From IMG/VR virus record IMGVR_UViG_3300049893_000724, positions 64,001-128,000 of that record: a stretch of DNA of 64,000 nt, one strand, 5' to 3'. Below are positions 52,623-62,453 of this stretch, piece after piece. Origin of the DNA: a virus. Below the pieces are notes generated by a model. That model was not told the origin of the DNA and searched no databases. It saw nothing but the letters and a program-made list of their open reading frames with translations. The stretch's first letter is position 1. The number at the start of each line of letters is the position of its first letter. The position numbers were made by a program, and so were the translations under genes.

Positions 52623-54317
52623 TTATATCTCACCACCCTTAGGCATTTCTACTGCTTTACCATCAGCCTCAGTAGCAGCGCCTTGAGCATCGAGATTTGG
52701 TTCCATTACTGGTTGACCTAAATCCATTCCTGCTGGTTGTTGACCTGGTTCTAATGGCATACCTGTCATTGGATCAACTGGTGCATTTGGATCAGGAATA
52801 ACACCGTCTTTAATTTCTTTTTTGATAATCTTATCTTGCTCTAAGATTTCCTCATCAGTTTGACGAAGAATCTTTCTTCTTACATAATCTTGAGAGAAGT
52901 ATTTGCCAACATATGGTTCTGCAACCTGAACCATATTTAATCTTTCATTTAGCAGTTCTGCATCTTTAAGTTCTGCAAAATGATTATCATATAAGAAATC
53001 ATATTGGATATGTTCATCCATTTTCTGCCAGTCTTCTGGAGTAATGATATTCTTGAGGATGAGTTGAGTCTTCAGCATATCATTGAACATATAAGAAAAT
53101 CTCTTTCTTAAACGTGCAACAAACTTACTAAACTTAACTTCATCACGAAGAATTTCTGATGAACGTCCAAGATTAAATCCACCCTCTCCATCCATTCTTG
53201 AGGGTGGGACATTTAGTGAACGATATAGTTTTTTCTTGAAGTATTCAATGTCAGTAATTTCTCCAAGGTTTTGTCCACCTGGAAGTGTAGAGATTTCAGT
53301 GCCTCTGCCACCTTCACGACGAGGAAGCCAGAAATCTTCAAGCATTGCCATAAACTTCTTATCATCACGGATTTCTCCGGTGTTTGCATCATAGACCATT
53401 TTATTTCTATAACGCATCATTACATCACGGAGATATTGCTCCGCCTTTACCTTTGGTAGATTGCCAACATCAATGTAGAAAATTCTACGTTCTGGTGCGC
53501 GTGATAGTCTATAGATAACAAGACTGTCTTCAATCATGCGAAGTTGATTGAGAGACTTGATTGCTTTATGGAGATATGAGAGAGTTGATCCTTTATTTCT
53601 ATCTACCAATCCAGATGTGCAATATGTGATCGAATCTCTTGAAAACTTGATGCCACCTGTACCACCAAGAGATGATGGGTTTGTGGTTGGATAAGTCATC
53701 TTTGGATTATAGATGAAATATTCCTCGATTTCGGGGAATTCATAATCCATTGGATCATCAACATTAACACCAGCAAGTCTGTAAATCTTTTTATCTCTTT
53801 CAGATTTTTTCTGCTGACGAACATAACGCATTTTCATTGCGTCAATGTATCTCAGTTCTTGAATACCTTCGTGAGGATTTTTTAAATCAATGACTTTGTG
53901 ATAATAAAGTCTTCCATCAACATACCAATTTCTATAGATTTCGTGAGACTTTCTATCAAAATCTAGCAGTTCTAAAATATGCTTAAATTCTTCTCTAATT
54001 TTCTTCTTAATACCATCACTGGCATTGAGGTTTGATAATTCGATTGAAACTGGGCTATCGTTTGTGTCGCTTACGATTGCTTCGTTTACAATATCTTCAA
54101 TGGCACTATCACACTCTGGGTGAAGGGCCATTTCACGATATCTTTTGATTAAATCAAATTCTGTTCTATATACGCCTTCAATATCTACATACGAACCAAA
54201 AAATCCACTAGTTAGATAAAAATCACTCCCGTCCTCGTTATTAGGAGCAACGGGAGATAAAACACTTGGAGATGTTGGTTCGTTATCCTCAATAGAGAAT
54301 CCAAACAATTTTGACAT
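52623..54317 (-). CDS. gp20: Portal protein
   Basis: YREMALHPECD, WYVDGR, RAPERRIFYIDVGNLPK, EDFWLPRREGGRGTEI. Confidence 0.98.
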   Translation of the reverse strand: MSKLFGFSIEDNEPTSPSVLSPVAPNNEDGSDFYLTSGFFGSYVDIEGVYRTEFDLIKRYREMALHPECDSAIEDIVNEAIVSDTNDSPVSIELSNLNASDGIKKKIREEFKHILELLDFDRKSHEIYRNWYVDGRLYYHKVIDLKNPHEGIQELRYIDAMKMRYVRQQKKSERDKKIYRLAGVNVDDPMDYEFPEIEEYFIYNPKMTYPTTNPSSLGGTGGIKFSRDSITYCTSGLVDRNKGSTLSYLHKAIKSLNQLRMIEDSLVIYRLSRAPERRIFYIDVGNLPKVKAEQYLRDVMMRYRNKMVYDANTGEIRDDKKFMAMLEDFWLPRREGGRGTEISTLPGGQNLGEITDIEYFKKKLYRSLNVPPSRMDGEGGFNLGRSSEILRDEVKFSKFVARLRKRFSYMFNDMLKTQLILKNIITPEDWQKMDEHIQYDFLYDNHFAELKDAELLNERLNMVQVAEPYVGKYFSQDYVRRKILRQTDEEILEQDKIIKKEIKDGVIPDPNAPVDPMTGMPLEPGQQPAGMDLGQPVMEPNLDAQGAATEADGKAVEMPKGGEI

Positions 54318-54359
54318 AATTTATTTTTTTAACTCTTAGTCTTGAGACTATTTATTAGA

Positions 54360-54929
54360 TCAACTTTCGCCTGTATATGGAGTCCAGTATTGAACCTGGA
54401 ATTCTACGGTGAATTCTTCAATAGTGTCGGCGGTATCATATGAAAGATCAATTGCAGAAATATTAGTTGGGAAGATGCTATAAAATTTGTATTGTTTAGC
54501 AACTTGAAGTCCCTGTCCAACCGCATTATTTCCGCCAGTGGTGCTTGGAAGTCTCTTTAATTGCTTAACGAGAACATCTACCATGTAATCATTTGGATTG
54601 GTTGCACCGCTACCGTCAGCATATTGCCCAACATATTGCATCCATGCTTCCATTGCAGTTCTAATTTTGAAATCTTCATCGTTGATAACGGTGATAGTCC
54701 AAGTATCAAATGTTCTGTCACCTGCTACCTTGAAGATTCTTCCTCTAAAAGGAACATCGATTGATGCAATATTTGAGGCTGGTAAGTTAGCTGCTTTGCA
54801 TAATACAGAGAATTCATTAGCATCAAATTCCGCTCCTCCTGGAAAGTTGGTTAAAACAACTTCAAATAAATTAGGACGAGCGCCACCACCCTTGAGTACT
54901 GTTTTAAAATCCTGAATACTGTGTGCCAT
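54360..54929 (-). CDS. gp19: Tail tube protein
   Basis: GGGARPNLFEV, AGDRTFDTW, EEFTVEFQVQYW. Confidence 0.95.
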   Translation of the reverse strand: MAHSIQDFKTVLKGGGARPNLFEVVLTNFPGGAEFDANEFSVLCKAANLPASNIASIDVPFRGRIFKVAGDRTFDTWTITVINDEDFKIRTAMEAWMQYVGQYADGSGATNPNDYMVDVLVKQLKRLPSTTGGNNAVGQGLQVAKQYKFYSIFPTNISAIDLSYDTADTIEEFTVEFQVQYWTPYTGES

Positions 54930-54962
54930 TTTTAGGTCCTCCTTGTTGTTTTGTAATTAAAA

Positions 54963-57164
54963 TCAAACTGTACCAGCCACTTCTTCAAATGCTACTCCAG
55001 TACGTGTAGCAACGAAGGTTAGGGTTATGTAGTTGATAGACTTGGCAGGCTTCAGGTAAATGTCTGCTCTAAATTCATTATTGTCAATCACATCAGGAGT
55101 GTTATTTGACGTATCGCATACAACCAAGAATCCATACAGTCCTCTCTTTGCCTGAACATCGCGGAGATATGGTTCAACAATATTTTTAAAGTTTGCTCTT
55201 GTCAGTTCATCGTTGAGTTCAAAGAGTTGCGCCTGAGCGGCTTTTTGAAGTGCTTGCTCAATTGTGAGGAACAAGCGACGAACGTTAATTCTATCAAAGG
55301 AAGATGCATAGGCAAGAGCAGTTTTGTCGCCAAACAGAAGAGTTCCGACCCCAGGTTGAGTAACGATTGAGTTAATTCTCAGAGGATAAAGTTGATCTCT
55401 CTGTGCCTTAGATGGGTTATATGCAAGTTTAATTGCATTGTTCAGAATTCCTCTCTGCTGACCTGCAGGGGAGAACCAAGGATATGAAACAATGTTTGTG
55501 CGACACATCAGACCAGCAACGTCAGCATTGCAAGGAATGTAAACAAACTTATTATTAAATCTATCGTAAGTGTACTTATACCCACTATCAAATACAGTGT
55601 ATGATGAAGATGATAGTGAACTGAAGTAACTGATTAGATTATTTGTTTGAGTTGTGGTGTTAGTGATTCCAACAAGATCTGCTCTATGAGGACCAACAAC
55701 TGCCATACAATCCTTTCTTCCTTCTGCAAGAGAGATAAGATATTGCGCTTTTGCCTGGGAGTCTGATTTTGAAGTAAGACCAGGACCCATGATCAAATAA
55801 TCAACTTGAACATTATCTTTATTGGAGAAAAGATTATATGAGTTTTGTAAATCTCCAAGAGTTGTTGCAGATCCACCTGAAGCAGAATAATTAACACCGC
55901 CACCCAAACTATAAGTTTTATTTCCAATTGCGCTGAAAGTTACTCCTTGAGCATTTTGACCCCAGAGACCTTGTGCAGTAGTGTATGGTGTAAATGATGT
56001 TGAGAATGCAACTGCTCTTGGGGCAGTACCCCAATAAGAGTCCGCAGCACTTGATGGATTATATCCAGCCCAAATTTGAGATGAAAAATCTGCAATGTAC
56101 TGCTTATACCAAATTTTTTGTGGGGAATTGACTGCGGAAACCGCATCAGCTGCTTTTGAAAGACCTAGATGCTTCTCAATCAAAGTTCCTTGAACACCTG
56201 TGATTGATCCTAGATCGTCAACTACAACAACGTGTATTCCATCACCTTCACCTGCTCTATCAGCAACATACTGATTAGTTGTTGGTTTTGGTGCGATTGA
56301 TTTCCAATAAATTGTGCTGTTTGTGAGACCTAAAGTTTGTTGGTCATACCAATCAACGACTGTTGCGGGAGTTACACCTGCCAATCCTTGGGTAGAACCA
56401 GTAGCAATACCGGAATTGTTTATAAACTTAATTGTATTGGAAGTTGAGAAAGATGCATAACTTGCCGATTGGGCATAGTTGATTAAACTTTCTGTTCCTG
56501 CAGAGGAAACTCTTGAAACAACATGAACATCAATTGTGCTATTTCCGTTTGTGGAATCGGTAGTAACACCAGTGATAATTCCTTTGAGATAACCACTAAA
56601 CAAAGAAGTTGTTCCTGCGCCAGGAAGAACAACGTTAGTGAGTGCAGCAGTAATACCATACCCAACCACAGCACCTAAAGTTGCTAAATTGGTTGTTGTA
56701 ATTCCGATGGTTTGATCTGCAAAATCGTCAATAAAACAAACTTTTAATCCATTTGCCCAAGTGCCTGGATTCTTTGCCGCATAGGTAAAGTTTGTTGCCT
56801 CAGACCAATTGCCCGTATAGTCATCATAATTTTTAATTTTTGAATTGGTTGTGGAAGCGATTCCAACCCCAGCATTCGCATTATTGAGGCTTGAACCATC
56901 AGTTCTAACAACCTTTAAAACTCCGCCATATGAGAGATATGATGAAGCACTCATCCAGTACTCATATTGAGCGTCTGTTGAAATAGGCTTACCGAATACA
57001 TTGATTAAATCTTGTTCGGTTGCAATATCAATAGGGTAATCGACAGGTCCAATAGGAAAAGGTCCTGCAATCGCACCAATATTATCTAATACATTATCAG
57101 CTCTTCCTACCGTTAGATCAACCTCCCTGACTAGTACCCCAGGAGATAATTGAGGAGTCGCCAT
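54963..57164 (-). CDS. gp18: Tail sheath protein
   Basis: LSPGVLVREVD, PWFSPAG, FDRINVRRLF, KPAKSINYI. Confidence 0.97.
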   Translation of the reverse strand: MATPQLSPGVLVREVDLTVGRADNVLDNIGAIAGPFPIGPVDYPIDIATEQDLINVFGKPISTDAQYEYWMSASSYLSYGGVLKVVRTDGSSLNNANAGVGIASTTNSKIKNYDDYTGNWSEATNFTYAAKNPGTWANGLKVCFIDDFADQTIGITTTNLATLGAVVGYGITAALTNVVLPGAGTTSLFSGYLKGIITGVTTDSTNGNSTIDVHVVSRVSSAGTESLINYAQSASYASFSTSNTIKFINNSGIATGSTQGLAGVTPATVVDWYDQQTLGLTNSTIYWKSIAPKPTTNQYVADRAGEGDGIHVVVVDDLGSITGVQGTLIEKHLGLSKAADAVSAVNSPQKIWYKQYIADFSSQIWAGYNPSSAADSYWGTAPRAVAFSTSFTPYTTAQGLWGQNAQGVTFSAIGNKTYSLGGGVNYSASGGSATTLGDLQNSYNLFSNKDNVQVDYLIMGPGLTSKSDSQAKAQYLISLAEGRKDCMAVVGPHRADLVGITNTTTQTNNLISYFSSLSSSSYTVFDSGYKYTYDRFNNKFVYIPCNADVAGLMCRTNIVSYPWFSPAGQQRGILNNAIKLAYNPSKAQRDQLYPLRINSIVTQPGVGTLLFGDKTALAYASSFDRINVRRLFLTIEQALQKAAQAQLFELNDELTRANFKNIVEPYLRDVQAKRGLYGFLVVCDTSNNTPDVIDNNEFRADIYLKPAKSINYITLTFVATRTGVAFEEVAGTV

Positions 57165-57246
57165 TTTTTTCTCCGTAAAATCTCAGTTTATCTAAAAAAT
57201 ATTTATTAAAAACTCACTTTTCACGGGGGAAACGTGACGTGAATAT

Positions 57247-57477
57247 CTACCAATCAGGATATTCCCACTTATCAAGAACTGATGTCACTATTCTACTAGA
57301 AACAATTCTTTTTATTGTACACTCTTTACATTCATAAGAATATGAAGATGCTACAGGGCCCCTATCTTTACGAGTTTGGTAAAAACCATCTATCAAATTT
57401 TTCATTTCTCCACACACTCTACACTTTCTATCCACAAGAAGCAAATGACCCAATCGTATTTGAGCATCAAGTTCCAT
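57247..57477 (-). CDS. Small CxxC Zn-finger protein
   Basis: RKCRVCGE...YECKEC; TAATG coupling to gp17. Confidence 0.6.
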   Translation of the reverse strand: MELDAQIRLGHLLLVDRKCRVCGEMKNLIDGFYQTRKDRGPVASSYSYECKECTIKRIVSSRIVTSVLDKWEYPDW

Positions 57478-59123
57478 TAAGAAAGGTACTCCCACATATA
57501 CGCACGATCACCATATTCATCAACGTGCCATCTATCACCATCAGCATCTACAAAACTTGTGTCATCGAGACCATCCAAAATGAATCCAAAAGGTGACATA
57601 TCTTGCTCAATTTGATTTTTTTGTTCTTCATATAATCTTTTTCTTACATCTTGGTCTGTGAGTTCTTTGAAGTAATCTTGTGCAACTAACCAAGCATAAA
57701 TTACAAGACACATTGCAAGGTCGTCATTACATCCTTCTTCTGCTTCAAATGAATTATGCTTTTGGATGAATGTTGTAAGTTCACTGATAATTTCATAGTC
57801 ATTTATTAGTAACTTACTTTCCTCAATCATAGTCTTTAGATTAAGACATCCAACTTTCTTAACTGTTTTGGACATCTTTACTCCAAGTTGAGTTTTCTTT
57901 CCAGAAAAACCTTGACCAACGATTTGACCTGCTCTGCCTCTCATTGAGCACATTAAAAGATTGTTATATTCCAAATCGTATTGGAGAATACTTGCTACCT
58001 GATCTCCAACGTCATTTACCTCACATAAAATATAAGCACTATTATATGCAGATGCTGTTTCGTGAATTATACTTGGAAATAGCATCGGTTTTATTTCATT
58101 GTTTCTATACTTGGCAACAACTTTATGTGGGAACTGGGTGATATCTACCACAGCAAACGCAGAATAATCATTACCAACCCCTCTAGCAACGTCTACAGTG
58201 ATGAGGTAATCATGATTCTCTACAGGGTCCTCATAAACATCTAAACCAGCACTGCGGGTCTTGGGAGCGTCGTATACGAGGGTTCTGAGTTTGCTTGGTG
58301 CAATGAGAGTATCAACAGAACCTAAGAATTCGCATTCAAATTCTACCTTGAACTGTTGTTCGGAAGTGTTTGCAATTGTTTGTTTTTTCCACTCTTCATC
58401 ACGCCCAGGAACTTCACTCCAATGAACGTCAGTAAAGACATATTCATTTTTACCTTTTTCAGCATCGTGCCACATACGGTAGAAATGATTCATACCGTGT
58501 GGCGTAGAAACTATGATGACTTTTGTTTGTTTACCAGAAGTAATAGTAGGATAAACAGATGCAAAGAACGAGTCTGCAATATGGTTTGGAACGAAAGCGA
58601 ATTCGTCGAGGAAGAGGATATTAAATGACATACCTCGGACAGCACTCGCAGATGTAGAAGCTGCCAATATCTTACTGCCATTTTCTAACTCCAATGAACC
58701 TTTGTTCCAAGCAATAATACCTTGCTGCATCCACTTAGGAAGATTTTCATATGCAGTTTGCAATCTATCAAGAAGTTCTCTTGCGGTTGCCGCTTTGTTT
58801 GCAAGAATACCAATGTTTACATTATCATTAAAAACTGCATAATGCAATAAAAAAGAAACCACGGTTGTAGACTTACCTGTCTGCCTAGGCATCTTACAGA
58901 TATTAAATCTATGATTATGGAAATTATTAATTAACTTCTCTTGGAAATGATATGGTTTAAATGTTTGTAGTCCGTGATCTAGAGTAACAATTTTTACATA
59001 ATTATTTGCAAAATAAACGGGATTATCCTTACATTTCATAAACTCAAGAATTTGTTCTTGAGTAAATTCAATAGGAGTATTTGCTTTTTTTAAAAGCGGA
59101 TTACCGAGATAAACATCACTCAT
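57477..59123 (-). CDS. gp17: Terminase large subunit
   Basis: PRQTGKST, LDEFAF, STPHG, DVARG, DDLAM. Confidence 0.98.
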   Translation of the reverse strand: MSDVYLGNPLLKKANTPIEFTQEQILEFMKCKDNPVYFANNYVKIVTLDHGLQTFKPYHFQEKLINNFHNHRFNICKMPRQTGKSTTVVSFLLHYAVFNDNVNIGILANKAATARELLDRLQTAYENLPKWMQQGIIAWNKGSLELENGSKILAASTSASAVRGMSFNILFLDEFAFVPNHIADSFFASVYPTITSGKQTKVIIVSTPHGMNHFYRMWHDAEKGKNEYVFTDVHWSEVPGRDEEWKKQTIANTSEQQFKVEFECEFLGSVDTLIAPSKLRTLVYDAPKTRSAGLDVYEDPVENHDYLITVDVARGVGNDYSAFAVVDITQFPHKVVAKYRNNEIKPMLFPSIIHETASAYNSAYILCEVNDVGDQVASILQYDLEYNNLLMCSMRGRAGQIVGQGFSGKKTQLGVKMSKTVKKVGCLNLKTMIEESKLLINDYEIISELTTFIQKHNSFEAEEGCNDDLAMCLVIYAWLVAQDYFKELTDQDVRKRLYEEQKNQIEQDMSPFGFILDGLDDTSFVDADGDRWHVDEYGDRAYMWEYLS

Positions 59124-59138
59124 AACAAAACCTACTTA

Positions 59139-60833
59139 TTAATTACAGTTCCAACGACGAAGTGCTTTGTTTATATTGCTATCCGGGTCTCTTGCGGTTT
59201 TTGCTGAAGTCAATTTTGACTTCATCCCCTTCATTCTACGGCAAAAAGACTTACGACGTGCTGCTCTTTTACCTTCTGGATTTTTTTCAGTAACTGCAGT
59301 TTGGAGTTTTGAACCTGGATTCTCACGGCGATATGCTTTTACTGCAGCAGGACTTAATCCATCAGTTTTATCTTGACGATTTACTTTTTGCCAGTCTTCA
59401 TCAACTTCAACTTCTTCGCCCATAGGCTTTACGTAGTTTTTATTAAAACCCGGTTTTCCCGCACTACCGCCTTGATAACCAATTCTGATTAATGGTTGTC
59501 CTGGTTGAATTTCTGAAACTGAATGATAAATTACTTTTGCGCCTGGATAAACCTTTTCAATTTCACTAGAGATTTCACTTCTGGTCGGTAGTTTTGTTTG
59601 TGGGAAAAACATTTGTATGCCGTGATACTTCCCTCTCCAAGAAATAGTAATTGAAATTATATTTCCAGTCTCTGCTTGCAATCTAGTTGCTTCTTCAACC
59701 TGAGACTTAAATCCTTTAATTGGTTCTGGGTTAATTAAATCAACGACCTCAGCAAAGGTGTTTCCATTTGCATCTTCTATTGTTTGCTCAGGAACGCAGT
59801 TTGGAACCATTTTCTTTCCTTTCTTTTTCATGCCAACTTGCTTATAACCAGACCAACACGCTTCATCCATTTCCCCACTTGCAACATAATCTGCCGCAGT
59901 ATCAATATAATCTGCTGCTTTTGTAATTTTAGATTGTACCCATGCTTCTAAATCTCCTTCACCTTTACCTACTTTCATTTGAAGTCTTTTTACAGCATCA
60001 GCAATAGTTTTTAACTCAGATCTTGCCATTGAATATTCATGATCTTTAATGGAAACCTTATCCCATGCCTTTCCGCCATATGAACATTCAGATCTAGTTT
60101 CTCTCTTATCACACAATGGACAGTATCTTTGTTCTTCAACTGCTTCTGACTTAGTTCCCCAGTTATCCGCACCAACTTTGCGGCACTTGACTAATGCACC
60201 TGAAGCATATGCACTTGGCCAAACACTATAACGTGATTTTACTTTGTGGTAGCAAGCATCTTTTTTGCCGCTACCTTTACCTGGTTTATCTTTTGCTTCT
60301 TGTACATCCATTTCTTCTTTCATTTTCTTTCTAGGTGAATCTGTAGAAACATAGGTTGGTTTTGCGGCACCTGATTTTTGTTGCTGGCCAGGATCCGCTT
60401 CTTTTTTTCTTCTTGCTGCAGATAGTCTCTCTGCTTTAGTCATAGTCGCTCTTTTTGCAGAAGAAACACACTTAGGAACTCCTTCTCCAGGTTCATCACT
60501 TGCACATGTCCCACCAGTTACTACATTAACCCAACCAGACTTTCCATCTTTTGATTTAGACTTTCCAAACCAATCACGAAGTCCCTCTTCGGTAACATCT
60601 TTAAATTTTTTATGGTGCTTCTTAGCATCCGCTTCCATTTTTTTCAAACGAGTATAATAATCTGGTATTTCATCCAGATGTTGAAGAGCAATGTCCATTG
60701 CAAGTTCATGATCTTTAGTGTGTTCATGTTCAATAGGTTCACCCATATCAAGTTGCTTCTGAATGAAAGAAACATCAAGACGATGCTTTTTTGCAATCTG
60801 CTCAACTGTTTTATGTGGTTTAATTTTGGGCAT
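59139..60833 (-). CDS. Modular basic polyprotein-like protein (DUF5661-like N-terminus)
   Basis: 564 aa of short modules separated by E|A/E|G/E|D sites; five modules carry Cys pairs. Confidence 0.75.
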   Translation of the reverse strand: MPKIKPHKTVEQIAKKHRLDVSFIQKQLDMGEPIEHEHTKDHELAMDIALQHLDEIPDYYTRLKKMEADAKKHHKKFKDVTEEGLRDWFGKSKSKDGKSGWVNVVTGGTCASDEPGEGVPKCVSSAKRATMTKAERLSAARRKKEADPGQQQKSGAAKPTYVSTDSPRKKMKEEMDVQEAKDKPGKGSGKKDACYHKVKSRYSVWPSAYASGALVKCRKVGADNWGTKSEAVEEQRYCPLCDKRETRSECSYGGKAWDKVSIKDHEYSMARSELKTIADAVKRLQMKVGKGEGDLEAWVQSKITKAADYIDTAADYVASGEMDEACWSGYKQVGMKKKGKKMVPNCVPEQTIEDANGNTFAEVVDLINPEPIKGFKSQVEEATRLQAETGNIISITISWRGKYHGIQMFFPQTKLPTRSEISSEIEKVYPGAKVIYHSVSEIQPGQPLIRIGYQGGSAGKPGFNKNYVKPMGEEVEVDEDWQKVNRQDKTDGLSPAAVKAYRRENPGSKLQTAVTEKNPEGKRAARRKSFCRRMKGMKSKLTSAKTARDPDSNINKALRRWNCN

Positions 60834-60988
60834 TATTCAACTGGTTTTGATTTAGTCTGCTCACCTTTTGCTCTTTTTTTTCTCCCCGCACAATGAGCAC
60901 GTTGAGAAAATCCTTTTGGATTTGAGCAATCAATACTCTTTTTATATTTATTAGTCCACTCTTCTTGAAACTGCTTAAACGTTTTCAT
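60833..60988 (-). CDS. 51-aa basic peptide with IPI-like capsid-targeting N-terminus
   Basis: MKTFKQFQEEWTNKYKKSIDCSNPKGFSQRAHCAGRKKRAKGEQTKSKPVE*; coupled to both neighbours. Confidence 0.65.
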   Translation of the reverse strand: MKTFKQFQEEWTNKYKKSIDCSNPKGFSQRAHCAGRKKRAKGEQTKSKPVE

Positions 60989-61409
60989 CTTGAGTTTGTT
61001 GTTTTAATAGTTTTGCTAGTTCTGCAGTGGATCCCACAAAAAGTGCATTATTAACTGTAGTGGGACCTTTACTAATTTTTTCTTCTTCAATATCTTTTAG
61101 TTTTTTCTGAAGATCCATTAATTTATCTGTTGCATCAGCCACATTTTTAATAAGTTGACCGGCAACTTCATACGCTCTTGGCATTTCACTTTCCTGTGCA
61201 AGTTCAAGAATCCCATTGATTGCTTCTTGTCCTTTTTCAATCAAAGAATACAAATTTCCTCTGGTGTATTCATAATCTTTTTTGATATCATCTACAGTTG
61301 AAGCGATTTTTTCTACTTTTTCGATAGAAGTATCAACGTCAGTAGAAACTATTTCTCCTGATACATTAAAAGTATTATTCAATTCATCAAATTTTTTTGT
61401 CATTTTCAT
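60975..61409 (-). CDS. gp16: Terminase small subunit
   Basis: DYEYTRGNLY, AQESEMPRAYEV, NNALFVGST. Confidence 0.93.
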   Translation of the reverse strand: MKMTKKFDELNNTFNVSGEIVSTDVDTSIEKVEKIASTVDDIKKDYEYTRGNLYSLIEKGQEAINGILELAQESEMPRAYEVAGQLIKNVADATDKLMDLQKKLKDIEEEKISKGPTTVNNALFVGSTAELAKLLKQQTQDENV

Positions 61410-62407
61410 GATGTCGAACCACTAAATCCAAAATCATCTCCCGCTTCAATCGCAGCATTATCCGCAGTTGTTATTGATTTAACTGCCGCCCCTGCGAGAT
61501 GTGAAGTAATCGTGGTTCCATCTCTGCCTCTATCGACAGTTAAAACATTACCAGTCTTAAGTTTTACATAGATCTCTTCACCTTCAAGATCTAAGTAGGT
61601 ATTGACGGAAATTGAAGATGCATTGTTAACTTCAATAAGAATATCTTCAGTCGTAATATCCTTAACAAGATTTGTTAAGACTATACCAGTATAGTTCTTA
61701 ATTGCTCTTGGTTCTGATGTATAAACAACTTCGCGTCTTGGTGTTGAAGTTGCATCGCCAGTAATATAACTGATAGTGGTCTTTTTGACGATATCTTTTG
61801 TTGCTGTTTGAGTTGGTCCAAATAGATAGGTTTTTGCAGTAAATCTTAATGTGTATATTAAAACTCTTCTTGTAGTAAAGTTACCTTCATAATCATCCTG
61901 GAAAGTTATATTTTCTAAAACTATTGGAATATCTCTTTTTTCATTAATCGCATCAACAAGTTCTACTGTTAGATTGTAAGACGGTTGGAAATATGGTAAA
62001 ATCTGCTCTACAATTTGCAATGCATCATCATTTAATTTGGACATGATTGATAATTCAAATTGCATATTATAAGGAACAGGCATATATGCTTTTTTAATTA
62101 TCGTTCCATCTTCTGCCGTTCCTGCAGTGAATGTTTGAGTTGTCGTTACTTTTCTAGATGCATCATAAGTTAACCCAGTAAATTCAAATGACATTCTGGG
62201 CAATGTAATTTGAACGGGTTTATTGAGATCTGGAGATTGCTCAAGTCTTGCTAAGAATTTTTGTGTTGGTCCATATGCTAGAGGGACTTTAATAACATCA
62301 ATAACTTGATTTGAATTATCTGTATGTTTAATGCTAATATCATTAAACAAAGATCCAAATGCTATAACAGTTTTTCTTAGAATTTCGTTATAAAAATATT
62401 CAAACAT
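61406..62407 (-). CDS. gp15: Tail sheath stabilizer / completion protein
   Basis: YFYNEILRK, VPLAYGP, LPRMSFE, EQILPYF. Confidence 0.95.
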   Translation of the reverse strand: MFEYFYNEILRKTVIAFGSLFNDISIKHTDNSNQVIDVIKVPLAYGPTQKFLARLEQSPDLNKPVQITLPRMSFEFTGLTYDASRKVTTTQTFTAGTAEDGTIIKKAYMPVPYNMQFELSIMSKLNDDALQIVEQILPYFQPSYNLTVELVDAINEKRDIPIVLENITFQDDYEGNFTTRRVLIYTLRFTAKTYLFGPTQTATKDIVKKTTISYITGDATSTPRREVVYTSEPRAIKNYTGIVLTNLVKDITTEDILIEVNNASSISVNTYLDLEGEEIYVKLKTGNVLTVDRGRDGTTITSHLAGAAVKSITTADNAAIEAGDDFGFSGSTS

Positions 62408-62453
62408 TTTATTGGTTCCTAGTGATACTATTTAATCAAATAATAAATTGTAT

